From Podarcis vaucheri (lineage: Eukaryota), in the NCBI GenBank assembly GCA_965113315.1, contig OZ220368.1: DNA of 64,000 bases; one strand, 5' to 3'. Shown here piece after piece: positions 52,148-64,000 of the stretch. Under the pieces are notes generated by a model that saw only the letters and a list, made by a program, of their open reading frames with translations, did not search any database and had not been told where the DNA came from. The translations under genes and the position numbers were made by a program. Within the stretch, counting starts at the first letter, position 1. Each line of letters opens with the position of its first letter.

Positions 52148-52605
52148 ATAGATATAGATGCCTGACTGGCTTTAGCTAGAAACTGGACATTGCAAAGACT
52201 TGGCAAGAATCCTTCAGGTACCCCTTGAATGCCTTTTTATGCCGATGGGCCTAGAGCTGGTTAATCTTTCTTGATGAGCCAGTCATTTTAATCATTATTT
52301 TGTACTATTTCCATGGCACATTATGATTTATTGCACATGTATATATTGTTGTGTACCAGCTTGGTATTTTATGAGTTGGCACTATATAATAATTTTGGTA
52401 AATACATGTAAATACATAAATAGAAAAGGCTAGAATGATTACCCAGACCCAAACTTCTGGTTCCCAATTGAATGCTGTCTGTTACAAGGTGAAGAAGATA
52501 AAAAAATAAACTGCCCTAGGTCCTTAGAGGACACTTTGAGCCTGATAGGTATGTGAGGATTTCCTGCAGTCAGAGAGTAAAGACAGACACAACCAAAGCA
52601 AAATA

Positions 52606-52977
52606 CAGAGGTGCCTCGCAAGACGAAATTAATCCGTTCCGCGAGTCTCTTCGTCTAGCGGTTTTTTCGTCTTGCGAAGCAACCCTATTAGCGGATTAGC
52701 GCTATTAAAGGCTTAGCGGCTATTAAAGGCTTAGCGGCTATTAAAGGCTTAGCGGCTATTAAAGGCTTAGCGGCTTAGCGGCTAAAAGGCTATTAGCGGC
52801 TTAGCGGCTTAGAAAAAGGGGGGAAGCGGGGGGAAATCGGAACACTCGCAAGACGTTTTCGTCTTGCAAAGCAAGCCCATAGGGAAAATCGCCTTGCGAA
52901 GCAGCTCAAAAACGGAAAACCCTTTCGTCTAGCGGGTTTTCCGTCTTGCAAGGCATTCGTCTTGCGGGGCACCACTG
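52606..52977. mobile_element. Tigger-like MITE, family B, with expanded internal tandem array
   Basis: TIRs and TA TSD; internal (GGCTTAGCGGCTATTAAA)n and (GGCTTAGC)n at about 52688-52811. Confidence 0.88.
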
Positions 52978-53139
52978 TAGTGGAGACACCTGGCCTTTAT
53001 TTGCAAAAAAACCAAGCAAAACTGCTATAGCAGGGTCTGACCTCATACAACAGAGAGATGGGCAAGACCCTGAACAAAAGGAGCCCCCAACTTTTATTAG
53101 TTCAAGTTTTACATATTCACACCTCTAAGGTTACATCAT

Positions 53140-53474
53140 TAAAGGTAAAGGGACCCCTGACCATTAGGTCCAGTCGTGGCCGACTCTGGGGTTGCTGCGC
53201 TCATCTTGCTTTATTGGCCAAGGGAGCCGGCATACAGCTTCCAGGTCATGTGGCCAGCATGACTAAGCTGCTTCTGGTAAACTAGAGCAGTGCACGGAAA
53301 CACCATTTACCTTCCCGCTGGAGCAGTACCTATTTATCTACTTGCACTTTGACGTGCTTTCGAACTGCTAGGTTGGCAGGAGCAGGGACCGAGCAACGGG
53401 AGCTCACCCCGTCGCGGGGATTTGAACTGCCGACCTTCTGATCGGCAAGCCCTAGACTCTGTGGTTTAGACCAC
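53140..53474 (-). mobile_element. Sauria SINE
   Basis: Reverse-complement tail AAAGGTAAAGGGACCCCTG, Sauria core and tRNA-like head. Confidence 0.9.
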
Positions 53475-55559
53475 GGAGTACCACAGACCATTGTGAACAA
53501 GCAAAATCTCTTTGCCCTAGGCTAGCCTTGTGTGCTGCTTTACAGAGGACAACCTTCAGTTCTGTAGGGCTGTCGGACGACAGTCATCTACTGGAAGGGC
53601 TGCCTAGTGACTCCAATGCTAAACAAAGATAAGAGCAGGAGTCTTGAAACTGTTTATCAATGGTTAACACCTAATGAGCAGACTGAGAAACCATGGGCAA
53701 GTCACTTGCAAGTCACTTGTTCACAGACTTGCAAACCTGCCACTTTTCATTTGTGATATATAGTGTGCATACTCTATTCTTCTGTGGTCTTTCTAGTCTG
53801 GCCTGGACCTGGTACCATCTCCAAGCCTAGCTGTGCCGTGCCACTGAGCTGCAGCCTTTCCCCAAAGCATTGTACTGTAAAAGAAAAAAGACTAGTGAGC
53901 TATAAAACTAGTCCACGAGAATGGGTTTGATCTAGAAAGCTTTGTTACCTCTGTCCCAAAACAAATTCTGGTGGAAAGTTGTGCAGCCCTTGGAGTTACA
54001 AAGAATGCTTGTCAGCCGGAATAGAAATCTCAACCCAGAACAAGAATCTGCTTTAGAGCAGATTCCCAGCGTAAGCAGATTGAGAGAATAAATAGAGTTT
54101 ACTCATTATGCTAGAGGGCTCTACTACCGCTCATGACATTTCTGATTCCCTCGCTTTCACTCATTCATCTCAAGAATGGAAGTTGTGACTCACATTCTCA
54201 ACCAGCCCACATTTGCTTTCCATGCTGCCGCTTCTTCTTTCCGGTGAGATAACAAGAACTGTATTTGTTCCCAAACATTTTGTAAAGGAATCTCTGGAGG
54301 CGGGTAGGGAGCGATCCTTCCCTGGAAATGCACCTCGGATAACCATGAAATTGCACAGAGCATATGAGAAAAGAGCTGCCTTTGGCGCTCAGGAGAGGTG
54401 TCAGATCAGAATGCAAGAGGCAGTAGGAGTGCTATGGCTTTGTGGCAGAGGCCCAGGGGCCTCACTCCGCAGAAGGCATAGGAGGGTCCTCAAAACAAGG
54501 TACACAGCAGACTGGCTCATCACACTTGGAAGAAAGTGATTTAATACACATTACCATGGGGGGGGGTGAAGACCGTTTAAGAAAAACAAAACACATTAGC
54601 ATCTAAAGAGTCTCCTCCTATTATGTCCAGAGTCTACACACACTGTTGATTTAAAGCGCCCCCAAAGAATCCTGGGAATTGTAGTTAAGGATGTTGGGAA
54701 TTGTAGATCTGTGAGTGGTGTACTAAAGTTCCCAGGATTCTCTGGGGTGGGGCCTTAAATACATACCATATATCTAAAGTTCATTTACAGCAGAGTCTGT
54801 CCCTGACCCCCATTGGCCTAGCCTGAACCCCCCAGCTTGCATAAATCAGAGTGGCAGCTGTCCACATGGAAGAGAATTAGGCAACCCATTGAAGTAATTT
54901 TATAGGAGGGGATCTAGGAGTGATTTGGAGTTTTAAAATGATTTATTCCTTGCACAATGTTAGTGTGTCTATGCTAAATTTCATATACGCATATATGCTG
55001 TTTTTTTTAACAATATACGCAGTATTAATTTTGGAAATGCAAGTGTGGGGAGAAGCAGTTTCTTCTTGCTTTAGACCAGCTTATCATTTGTCTCTTGGTG
55101 AAGGATCACCTTCCCCATATTTGTTGTGGTCTTGAGGGCAGGCCAGGAAAGTAGCAACTGCGGTCTCTTTAAATCTTTGCTTTCGGATGTGCTCCCCCAC
55201 CTTTTCAACCCTGCTGTGAGCAAAAGGGCTTCCTCCCAGCACACACAGATCATGGCTGCCTCCACAGAGGAGGATGGTAGCAGGAGTCCTGGGGACAGCG
55301 CAGGCAGTCAGCCAGTGGGTGGCTCAGGCTGGGCTAATCACTCAGGAAGGAGTGGAGTCTGGAGGAAGCAGAAACAGATGCTTGATTGAACAAAAATGGC
55401 GAGAGAGGGAGATGGATAAATAAGAGAAAGAGTAAACAAGTGCTGGACAGGTGAATTGAGTCCTATTCACCCATGCACCTGCCACTATATAAATATTACA
55501 AAAAGTGGCCAGCTCCCTTTGTGGTGGTTCCGGTCCTGCTTAGATTGCCATTTCCAGAG

Positions 55560-57430
55560 GGGGATTCTCTTCAGCCCTGTGGAGCTTTCCGCGTGGGGTT
55601 CCTCAGGGTTTGATTTTATCCCTCATGCTGTTTAACATCAACATGAAACCACAGAGTGAGATTATCCAGAGTTTTAGAGTATCTGGTCAGCAATATGCTG
55701 ATGACACACAGCTCTACTTCTCCTTTACATCTGCAAGTGTGGCTGTTGTCTTGCCTCAGTAATGGACTGAATGAGAGCCAACAAACTGAAGCCCAGATGA
55801 TGATGATCATGATTTATATACCACCCTATACCCAGAGGTCTCAGGGAGGTTCACCTAAAAGGATCACAGTACATAAAATTAAAATAAAAGCAATAACCCA
55901 TAACAATGGTACCTCAGGTTACATACGCTTCAGGTAACATACGCTTCAGGTTACAGACTCCGCTAACCCAGAAATAGTGCTTCAGGTTAAGAACTTTCCT
56001 TCAGGATGAGAACAGAAATCGTGCTCTGGCGGCGCGGCAGCAGGAGGAGGCCCCATTGGCTAAAGTGGTGCTTCAGGTTAAGAACAGTTTCAGGTTAAGA
56101 ACGGACCTCCGGAACGAATTAAGTACTTAACCCGAGGTACCACTGTAATACTCCCCCCAAAAAAGAGCCACATCTAAAAGGGTATGGGATGTTGATCAGG
56201 TCAATCAAAGGCCTGGTTAAAAAGGAACGTTATTGCCTGGGGCCAAAAGGTGTATAGTGAAGGCACCAGGTGAACTTCTCTGGGGAGAGCATTCCACAGA
56301 CAGGGAGTCACTGCAGAGAAGGCCTGTTCTTGTGTTGCCACCCTCTGGACCTCTCGTGGAGGAGGCACACGAAGAAGGGCCTCAGAAGATGATCTCAGGC
56401 TCCAGGTAGGTTCATATGGAAAGAGGCGGTCCTTGAGGTATTGTGGTCCTGAGCCATTTAAGGCTTTATAGGTCAAAACCAGCACTTTGAATTGGGCCTG
56501 GAAACTAATCAGTAGCCAGTGCAGTTGGACCAGGATCGGTGTAATGTGCTCAGACCGTCTTGCTCCAGTGAACAACCTGGCCACTGAATTCTGCACCAGC
56601 TGAAGTTTCCAAACCATCTTCAGAGACACCCCTACGTATAACGAATTGCAGTAATCTAACCTTGAGGTTTCCAGATAAGACAGAGGCTGTTAGTGGGTGG
56701 TTCCCTAGACTACATGGCTGGGAGGTGGCCTGCTCTTGGTGGGGTTACACTCCCTCTGAAGGAATAGCATGGAGGTGCCACTGGATCCATTGCTGTCACT
56801 TGAGGTTCAAGTAGCTTTGCTGGCATGGAGTGCCTTCCATCAGCTTCAGCTAGTGGTCCAGCTGTGCCCCCATCTGGACAGGGATAGCCTGTTGTCTACA
56901 CTCTTGTAACCTCCGTATTAGATTATTGCAATGTGTTTTACTTGGGGCTACCTCTGAAGATGGTTCAGAACATGGGCGTAGCCAGGATTTATGGGGAGGG
57001 GGCAGAACCAAGCTATCTGCAACTCTATTGGTCAGTTAGTAAAGTATTTATTGATTGATTTGATTTTAGAAGGAAGCTTCCTCCTCCCCCCCCCCACCTA
57101 CGCCCATGGTTCAAAAACTTCACCTGGTGCAGAATTCAGTGGCCAACTTGCTCACTAGGCCAAGAGAATCCTGGTCTGACTGCACTGGCTGCTAATCAGT
57201 CTCCCAGCCCAATTCAAAGTGCTGATTTTGGCCTAGTAAAGGTAAAGGTAAAGGTAAAGGTACCCCTGACAGTTAAGTCCAGTCGCAAATGACTCTGGGG
57301 TTGCGGCACTCATCTCGCTTTACAGGCCGAGGGAGCCGGCATTTGTGGCATGTGGCCAGCATGACTGACCTATGAAGCTTTAAATGGCTCAGGGCTGCAA
57401 TATCTCCAGGATTGCCTCTCCCCGTATGAT
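55560..57430. mobile_element. Nested cluster: plus-strand L2 RT fragments, minus-strand L2 3' end (~55800-56670), family A MITE (55904-56145), hAT MITE (56971-57108), partial Sauria SINE (~57236-57366)
   Basis: QYADDTQLY RT motif near 55691; ORF 56201-56629 is an L2 C-terminus; MITE TIRs; TSD GTTCAGAA/GTTCAAAA. Confidence 0.75.
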
Positions 57431-59854
57431 TTTTTCTTTATCCACTTTCTTCATGTCACGCATAATTTTATAATATTATATCCTGTCATCTCTTTCTCAC
57501 CTTTTATATAAAGGTCCCAAATGCTGCAACCTTTTCTCCACTTTGGGATTTTTTTCTACTGGAAATTGGGGGCACAGGTGATCAGTGTCTTTTCATCTTT
57601 TTCCTGGAAGAATCTGTCAGTGATCCAAAAAATATGCCTTGAGGGCTATCTGTGTACATTTAAAGCACACATACCCTTCCTGGGAATCCTAGGAAATGTA
57701 GCTTACCCCTCACAAAGTTACAAGTCCCAGCATCCTTAATAAACACACCCAATAACAAGAATTATTGGGTGTGTGCACACTTTAAATGTATGGTGTGTAC
57801 ACAGACCTAGTTTGTAACCCATGTTCCTCAATACCTGCTGAATAGGTATGGACAACGCAACTAACAAAACTCCCAGAGATCTGATTGCTCAGCTCAGATC
57901 TCACTACCTCATTGCCTTTGGAGTTTTGATAGCTCTTTAAGTGACCTGCAAGCTGCATGTTACAGAAGGGACCATCTCTCCATTCCTGTTGCAATAATTC
58001 ACCCACAAGGCAAACCATTCCCATCCTACACTTATGTCTTCCAAATGTCGGTTTTGTCCATGTTTATGGAGGATGGAATTTTATGCCCACTCACCTGGGA
58101 GTAAGGACACTTTCAGACAGTTGCTATTTTCTGTTGTGATTCAACTGCAAATTCGCGTTGCGCAATTGATGTTGATTTGGTGTTCTTACACAACAAGCCT
58201 GCTTTCCCCACCCACCCAGAATCAGACTTTTTGCAAAAAGGGAAGCAATGCACAGCAAAGTGTAGGACAGCACTTGCTTGCCACAACTTGCTTGTTTAAT
58301 ATCCCTGCAAATGAATCAGAATGAGTGCTCAATAAACTGGATTGGCCAGAATCTCACACAATTCGGTGGGGATTACTTCTTCTGAGTAGGTATGCGTAAG
58401 ATCATGTTCTTCTAAATACACAAGTGCAGGCTGCAGATGTTTATCCTGCTCTGGGTTTCAGTGTCTTGAGAGTTGCTTCCTCCAATTCTTTCTGTATTTG
58501 CTTTCCTTTCTTCAATGTACAACAAAGGCCTTATTGACTGGCTCTGCCTTGGGCCAATGGGGAGGCTTCTGACCACACATCTATTCACTGATTTGTCATG
58601 GATAGTCTCTGCTGAAACTGCCGGGAAGTGGTTAAGCAATAAAAGCTAAGTGGAAAGAGCATTAGCTGTGCTGACTCCGTAGTATAAATAATATATGGAG
58701 AGAGCTCTATAGGTGTATAATGTTTCTGAGACAAACATTCGCTTTCTCCGCAGGCATTTCCCCTCGTATTATCTGCCTAAGACTGGGGCAAAGAGCCACC
58801 TGATGTGGGGAAGAGAGCAAATGATGAGAGAATCTTGAAAATACCTGGGTCCTTGCCAGCTGCCAGTGGAAAGGATGGTTGTGGAAGTCTGGTTGCATCA
58901 CTCGGCTCTTGGAAGACCATTCTGAATCCTGTGCTTTGCTTGGCTAGGATGGCGCCTTTCTCTTTAGCCAACCTATCTGGGAGACTTTGAAGACTGGGGT
59001 CCTTCACAATACATCACTTCTCAATGGAGCATGACTTTCAGGTTCCTTCTTTTGCTGCTCTCACTTCCAGCCACCTGCTCAGCCACACCCATGAAAGGAA
59101 CCCACTGGATGAAGAAATAGAGAGGTGCACTCTGCCCTACTGGGACGGGACAAAGGTCTGTGAAAAGGTAGGCTTAGTAGTGCTTGGGCAAAGCTAGTTT
59201 GCATCTCATTTTGGTGCTAAATGGAAACACTAACGTCTGATTGCCAAATGGACTGAGCAGGAAGTGGTTGGGTAAGAGCAGCACTGATTTTGCTTTTGGG
59301 CTGGGAGATCATATTAAAGAAAGGAGAGCTTGCCTTGTGTGGCTGTTGGCTGCACAGGGAATAGTATTGTGGGCAGATGTGCAGCCCAGTCCTGTGCTTT
59401 TTCTACTTTGAAGCAGAGTCATTGAATTCAGTGGGACTTCCTCCCGACTTGAAAGGTGGTGTAGAGTTACAATTTTAAACCTCTCTAGCATCACTTTAAA
59501 AGGTGAGGTGCAGATATTAGGCCAATCAGAATTAATTGATGTTTTTGGGTGTTTTATGGCTGTTTTATTAGTATTTTGTTGACATTATCCAGATATTTTG
59601 TACTCTGCCTTGTTACATATTTATAAATGTGCAGATTATCAATTTATAGAAAAAATAAAATGAAAATATTCTACCACATACTTTGTTTGTAGTCTAACCT
59701 ATTTTGCTTTCATTCCCTTCTGTTTATTTTCTTTACAGGGGGTTTCCCAGTGTCAGCCACATACTAGTTCAGGTAGATATTTATAAAGAGAGTTGAGTAA
59801 AAGAACCTTAAACTTACATTGTTTCAGGCAATGTGAAATTCTGCATTTTATCTG

Positions 59855-60904
59855 ATCCATCCACTGCAGTTATTATGTTTGCAGATGATATAACCATAAT
59901 GGGTCTAATTACAGGTGGAGATGAATCAGCATATAGGGAAGAGGTTCAAAAAGTCTCCACATGTTGCCTAGAGAACAACTTGCACCTAAATATTAGCAAG
60001 ACAAAGGAGATGGTGTTGGACTTTTGGAGGAAGAGAGAGGAACTAGCCCGTTGTATATCAGGGTTGTGTGTGTGGAGAGAGTCTCTTCCTTTAAATTCCT
60101 GGGAGTTTACCTTAGTGAAGACCTCACTTGGAAAATCAATACAACCCAGGTGGTTAGGAAGGCCCAACAGAGACTCCATTTCTTCAGGGTCTTGCAAAAG
60201 AACAATGTCAAACAAAAAATGATGATCTCCTTTTACCGGGCCACAATAGAAAGTGTCCTTTCATACTGTATAACAGTGTGGTATGCTGGTTTGACAGCCA
60301 TGGACAGGAAGTCCCTACGGAGGGTGGTGAATACAGCACATGACATCGTGGGCTGTCCTCAGAGTTCGCTAGATGACATCGTGGGAGACCGCTGCCTCAG
60401 GAGAGCGAGGAAATTTCTTAGAGACGACTCACACCCTGGCCAGCACTTCTTTAATCTCCTACCTTCGGGCAGGAGATACAGAAGTATAGTCAGCCGCACC
60501 AACAGGTTAAAGAACAATTTGGGCTGTTGGGCTGCTGAATGGAAATAACAATAACAATAACAATAACAATAACAATAATAAATAATTTAAATTTATACCC
60601 CGCCCTCCCCAGCCAAGACCGGGCTCCGGGCAGCTAACAACCAATAATAAAAACAAGCTGATTAAAATACAATTTAAAAAAGATTTTAAAAAATAAAAAA
60701 ATAAAATTAAAATAGTGGTGTAATTGACTTTGTTTCCTGCTTGGCAGGGGGTTGGACTCGATGGCCCTTGTGGTCTCTTCCAACTCTATGATTCTATGAT
60801 TCTATGACTTCCGACAAGCAGACAGAGCGTGAACAACACTGAGTGTATGGGGGGGCTTGTTTAATTTCACTGCACACAGATGGTGTAGTGACAATAAAGG
60901 TCAT

Positions 60905-60939
<35 letters not shown>

Positions 60940-60942
60940 TTT
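59855..60942 (+). mobile_element. Rex1/Babar-clade LINE, 5'-truncated and frameshifted, with nested insertions
   Basis: FADD...GDESAYREEV...NNLHLNISKTKEMVLDF; FKFLGV...KAQQRLHF...YRATIESVLSYCITVWY...FNLLPSGRRYRS; GACAATAAAG(TTTA)n tail. Confidence 0.85.
60731..60804 (+). mobile_element. CR1 3' tip nested in the Rex element
   Basis: Near-identical to 514-589; TGACTT duplicated on both flanks. Confidence 0.85.
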
Positions 60943-61426
60943 GAAAAGAACACAGATCTCAGCCTTTCTACTCAGATCTTCATTACCGCCCCCCTCCCCA
61001 GGTAACAGCGTGAGGACCCAGGGCCTGTGGAGTTGCCAGCCTCTGGGAAGGAGCCCTCATATCCAGGGTTCCAGTTGCCATGCGGTTCTTCTTAAGGCGT
61101 TCACTTGCTGCAGCTATTTCCCTGCTTGTGTTCCTGCTCCTCGTAAGTCTGTCTCCTTGGACCCAAGAGGACTCTGAGACGGTGAGTATAGCATAAACCA
61201 CATGTTCTGGGCAGAATAAAAGGAAACTGATACCCAACAGGCCTTGCTACTCCCATCCTGTTGTTCTGCGGTTTGGCTAGAAGCCAGGGATTCTGTTGAG
61301 CCATTTCTGCAAAATATCTTCAGGGAATATAGGAACCTGACTCCCCACCCCCACCCCCGTCTTTTTTTGCAGGGGGGTGGGGATCCAGATTCTTACATTT
61401 AACTGGTGACATGTCTTTCATTGGGG

Positions 61427-61783
61427 TAAAGGTAAAGGTACCCCTGCCCGTACGGGCCAGTCGTGTCCGACTCTAGGGTTGTGCGCCCATCTCACTTAAG
61501 AGGCTGGGGGCCAGCGCCGTCCGGAGACACTTCCGGGTCACGTGGCCAGCGTGACGAAGCTGCTCTGGCGAGCCAGCGCAGCACACGGAAACACCGTTTA
61601 CCTTCCCGCTATAAAGCGGTACCTATTTATCTGCTTGCATTTAGGGGTACTTTCGAACTGCTAGGTGGGCAGGAGCTGGGACCGAAAGACAGGAGCTCAC
61701 CCCGCCGCGGGGATTCAAACCGCCGACCATGCGATCGGCAAGCCCTAGGTACTGAGGTTTTACCCACAGTGCCACCTGCGTCC
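61427..61783 (-). mobile_element. Sauria SINE, full length
   Basis: (AAAGGT)n tail, Sauria core, TTCATTGGGG flanking duplication. Confidence 0.92.
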
Positions 61784-62913
61784 TTCATTGGGGAGAGGGG
61801 GTCAAAGGCAGCTGTGGACACTCTGATGACTGAGGCAAAAAAGCCAAAAGGTGCTTCATTGGGGATAAACAATTAATAATAACTGATGGGATTGAAAATG
61901 TTAAGCCTCTGTAATGGTACCCTGAAATCAGATTTAGGGTCTTCTTCCTCTTTTCTTCAGGAACTGGTTTTGCACCCACTCTCTCACTTGATAGTGGGAA
62001 CATAGATTGAAAGTGACAGGCATCAAATCACCATATATATCTTGGATTCTGATTCCTCATTATAATCCTTTCAAGTGATTCCTACAAAAATGCATTGTGG
62101 TGAATCCCCACCCCCTAAGAAACTCTTGTTCAGGGCTGCTTAGACCTCTTGGGACAGGGGGAGGTTTTGAAAGGTAGAAGAGACTCCTACATCCACCTGT
62201 GTTATGTAGCTCTAGAGGGCTCAGGTTGCAGCGGACAGGCAGTGGGGGAGGGGGAGGCTGCCAACCCTAAACTTCACATTGTATTGCTAAATAGCAGTGA
62301 GTGGAGTGTGGCTGGCTCTAAAGACTAGGAAAGGCAAAAGGTGTCATTTCCTTCTTTTCTCCCTCCTGAAACATACCACAACATACTGCAGGGAAGGCTT
62401 GCACCCAACAACCTCTCCTCCAGCATTCTTTCTCAACTGCAAGCAGCTCGAACAAACCATTCCCTCTGCTACCTATTTTCTTCCCTACCCCTCTGAAAAT
62501 TAACACCCAACCTTATTATGTGTGTTGACTTCCCTTGGTGATTTATGTCATTGATAGACACCCATAATCAGCTGTTCATTACAGATAATGGAGAAACCCG
62601 GGGTTTTCCTGTAGCTGTGGCTAGGAAGCAAGTATGCTTACACACAAACAACAACAACAACAGGAGTTTATGCTGGCTTCATACACACCATACATTTAAG
62701 GCAGGTCCCTCTCTGCAATTCTGTGATTCTACAAACTTAGCATTCTGCATACCTTGGGAGTCCCTTGAGTATGAAGCCCATTTTCCACCTTGGATCTGGG
62801 GGCGGGCCCCATTCTCACCACTATAGCTTATAAGGCTCCAAGGAGGCCTCGGGGTGGGGGTTGGGATGGATGGTTATTCGGGTGTGGGAATTTGTTTAAT
62901 TTTGGTGTGTTTG

Positions 62914-63255
62914 CAGGGGCGCCGACTTATAAAAAATATTGGGGGAGCCCGCGAAAGCTCATGAATAATAAATAAGCTCATGAATATGCAGATAAAGTGG
63001 CGCCACCTCCTCGTGAGCAAATAGGGGAGAGCGTGCTGCGCCTATTAATCAGCTCCGAAGGAAATTGGGTGGAGCTTTTGCTCGGGAGGGAGGGCAGGAG
63101 GCATGCAGCCCGACCCTGTGCATTTTGGGCTGGGGGACGGGCGGCGGTGGCGCTCTGCTGGAGGGGCGCCCGAGATTATTGGGGGGCGGAGCCCCCCCAA
63201 ACGAATTTTTGAGGGGGCTCGGGCCCCCTCAGGCCCCATGGAGTCGGCGCCTATG
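62914..63255. mobile_element. hAT MITE
   Basis: TIR CAGGGGCGCCGACT / AGTCGGCGCCTATG; 8-bp TSD TGTGTTTG. Confidence 0.85.
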
Positions 63256-63297
63256 TGTGTTTGTATCTTTTACTGTTTTTGGTTTTTATTGTTGTGT

Positions 63298-63313
63298 TTT
63301 GTTGTTGTTGTTA

Positions 63314-63351
<38 letters not shown>

Positions 63352-63352
63352 T
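63298..63352 (+). repeat. (GTT)n/(GTA)n microsatellite
   Basis: Read directly from the sequence. Confidence 0.9.
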
Positions 63353-63376
63353 TGGTTTTATTTTGTTCTTAAAGGG

Positions 63377-64000
63377 ATGGGTCAGGGCTGCCTGGGAGTG
63401 GGCAGGTTCCACGGGGGGGGGGATGCACTGAGACAACCGATCCCAGTGATCACGGGTAGGAGGAGGAGTTACGCTAAGACCAGACCACGTCATTTCCGAG
63501 GAGGCAGGCTTAGTCGTTGTTTGAGGGACTATCCCTGCCTCCAGGTCTGGTCTTGACCGGACGGATACTGGAATCAGCAAGGGATACCCACATGACCTGA
63601 AGGTGCTGCTGTGCAATGCCAGGTCAATGATCCATAAAACCATTGTGATCCATGACTTGATCGTGGATGGAGGACTTGACCTGGCATGTGTAACAGAGAC
63701 TTGGTTGGATGAAGCAGATGGGCCTGTCCTTGCCGCTGCTTGCCCACCAGGTTTCTCTTACGCACAGCAACCCAGGTCATGTGGGTGGGGAGGGGGGGTT
63801 GCAGTGATTTTTAGGAAGTCATTAGTTTGCACCAGGCGTCCTATTGGGAAGACCCAGTTTTCTGAGTGCATGTTCTGGAAGTTGGGCAATAGGGGCAGTA
63901 CAGGATTCCTTTTGGTGTACCGACCTCCCCGCTGCGCCAAGGATTCCCTGCCCGAGCTGCTTCAGGTCGTGGCGGATGTTCTCCTGGAGATACCTAGTTT
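63377..64000 (+). mobile_element. L2-clade LINE, 5' part of ORF2 (APE endonuclease), continues beyond the window
   Basis: LKVLLCNARSMIHK...DLACVTETWL...GGGVAVIFR endonuclease motifs. Confidence 0.85.

Noticed and set aside
52688-52811. Resemblance to a CRISPR array or interstitial telomere
   Set aside because: No unique spacers, the unit is not TTAGGG, and it lies inside a MITE in a vertebrate genome

Overview
This is vertebrate nuclear DNA, not prokaryotic. The repeat set (Sauria/Squam1 SINEs, Squam3-like SINE, CR1, L2, Rex/Babar, Penelope, hAT and Tc1/mariner-Tigger MITEs) points to a squamate, most likely a lacertid lizard (inference). Genes: (1) a complete 8-exon TMEM183A on the + strand (CDS 29408-37692, 353 aa) with a CpG-island promoter; (2) just downstream, an intact 2-exon orphan class A GPCR of the GPR139/GPR142 type (39621-39741 + 41740-42665, 348 aa), whose first exon the ORF track does not join; (3) a second CpG island (~24930-26000) with a minus-strand non-coding first exon of an unidentified gene, so 1-25 kb is probably intron. 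43-64 kb is repeat-rich with no recognised host coding exons. Most interesting: the GPCR (lacks TM6 W6.48/P6.50 and starts close to the inferred TMEM183A 3' end), two TSD-bounded hAT elements carrying 1-2 kb of CpG-island-like mosaic cargo, a Penelope insertion with a minimal hammerhead ribozyme motif, two upstream ATGs in TMEM183A, and a 15-bp duplication across a TMEM183A splice acceptor. All protein and repeat-family comparisons are from memory; no database searches were run.
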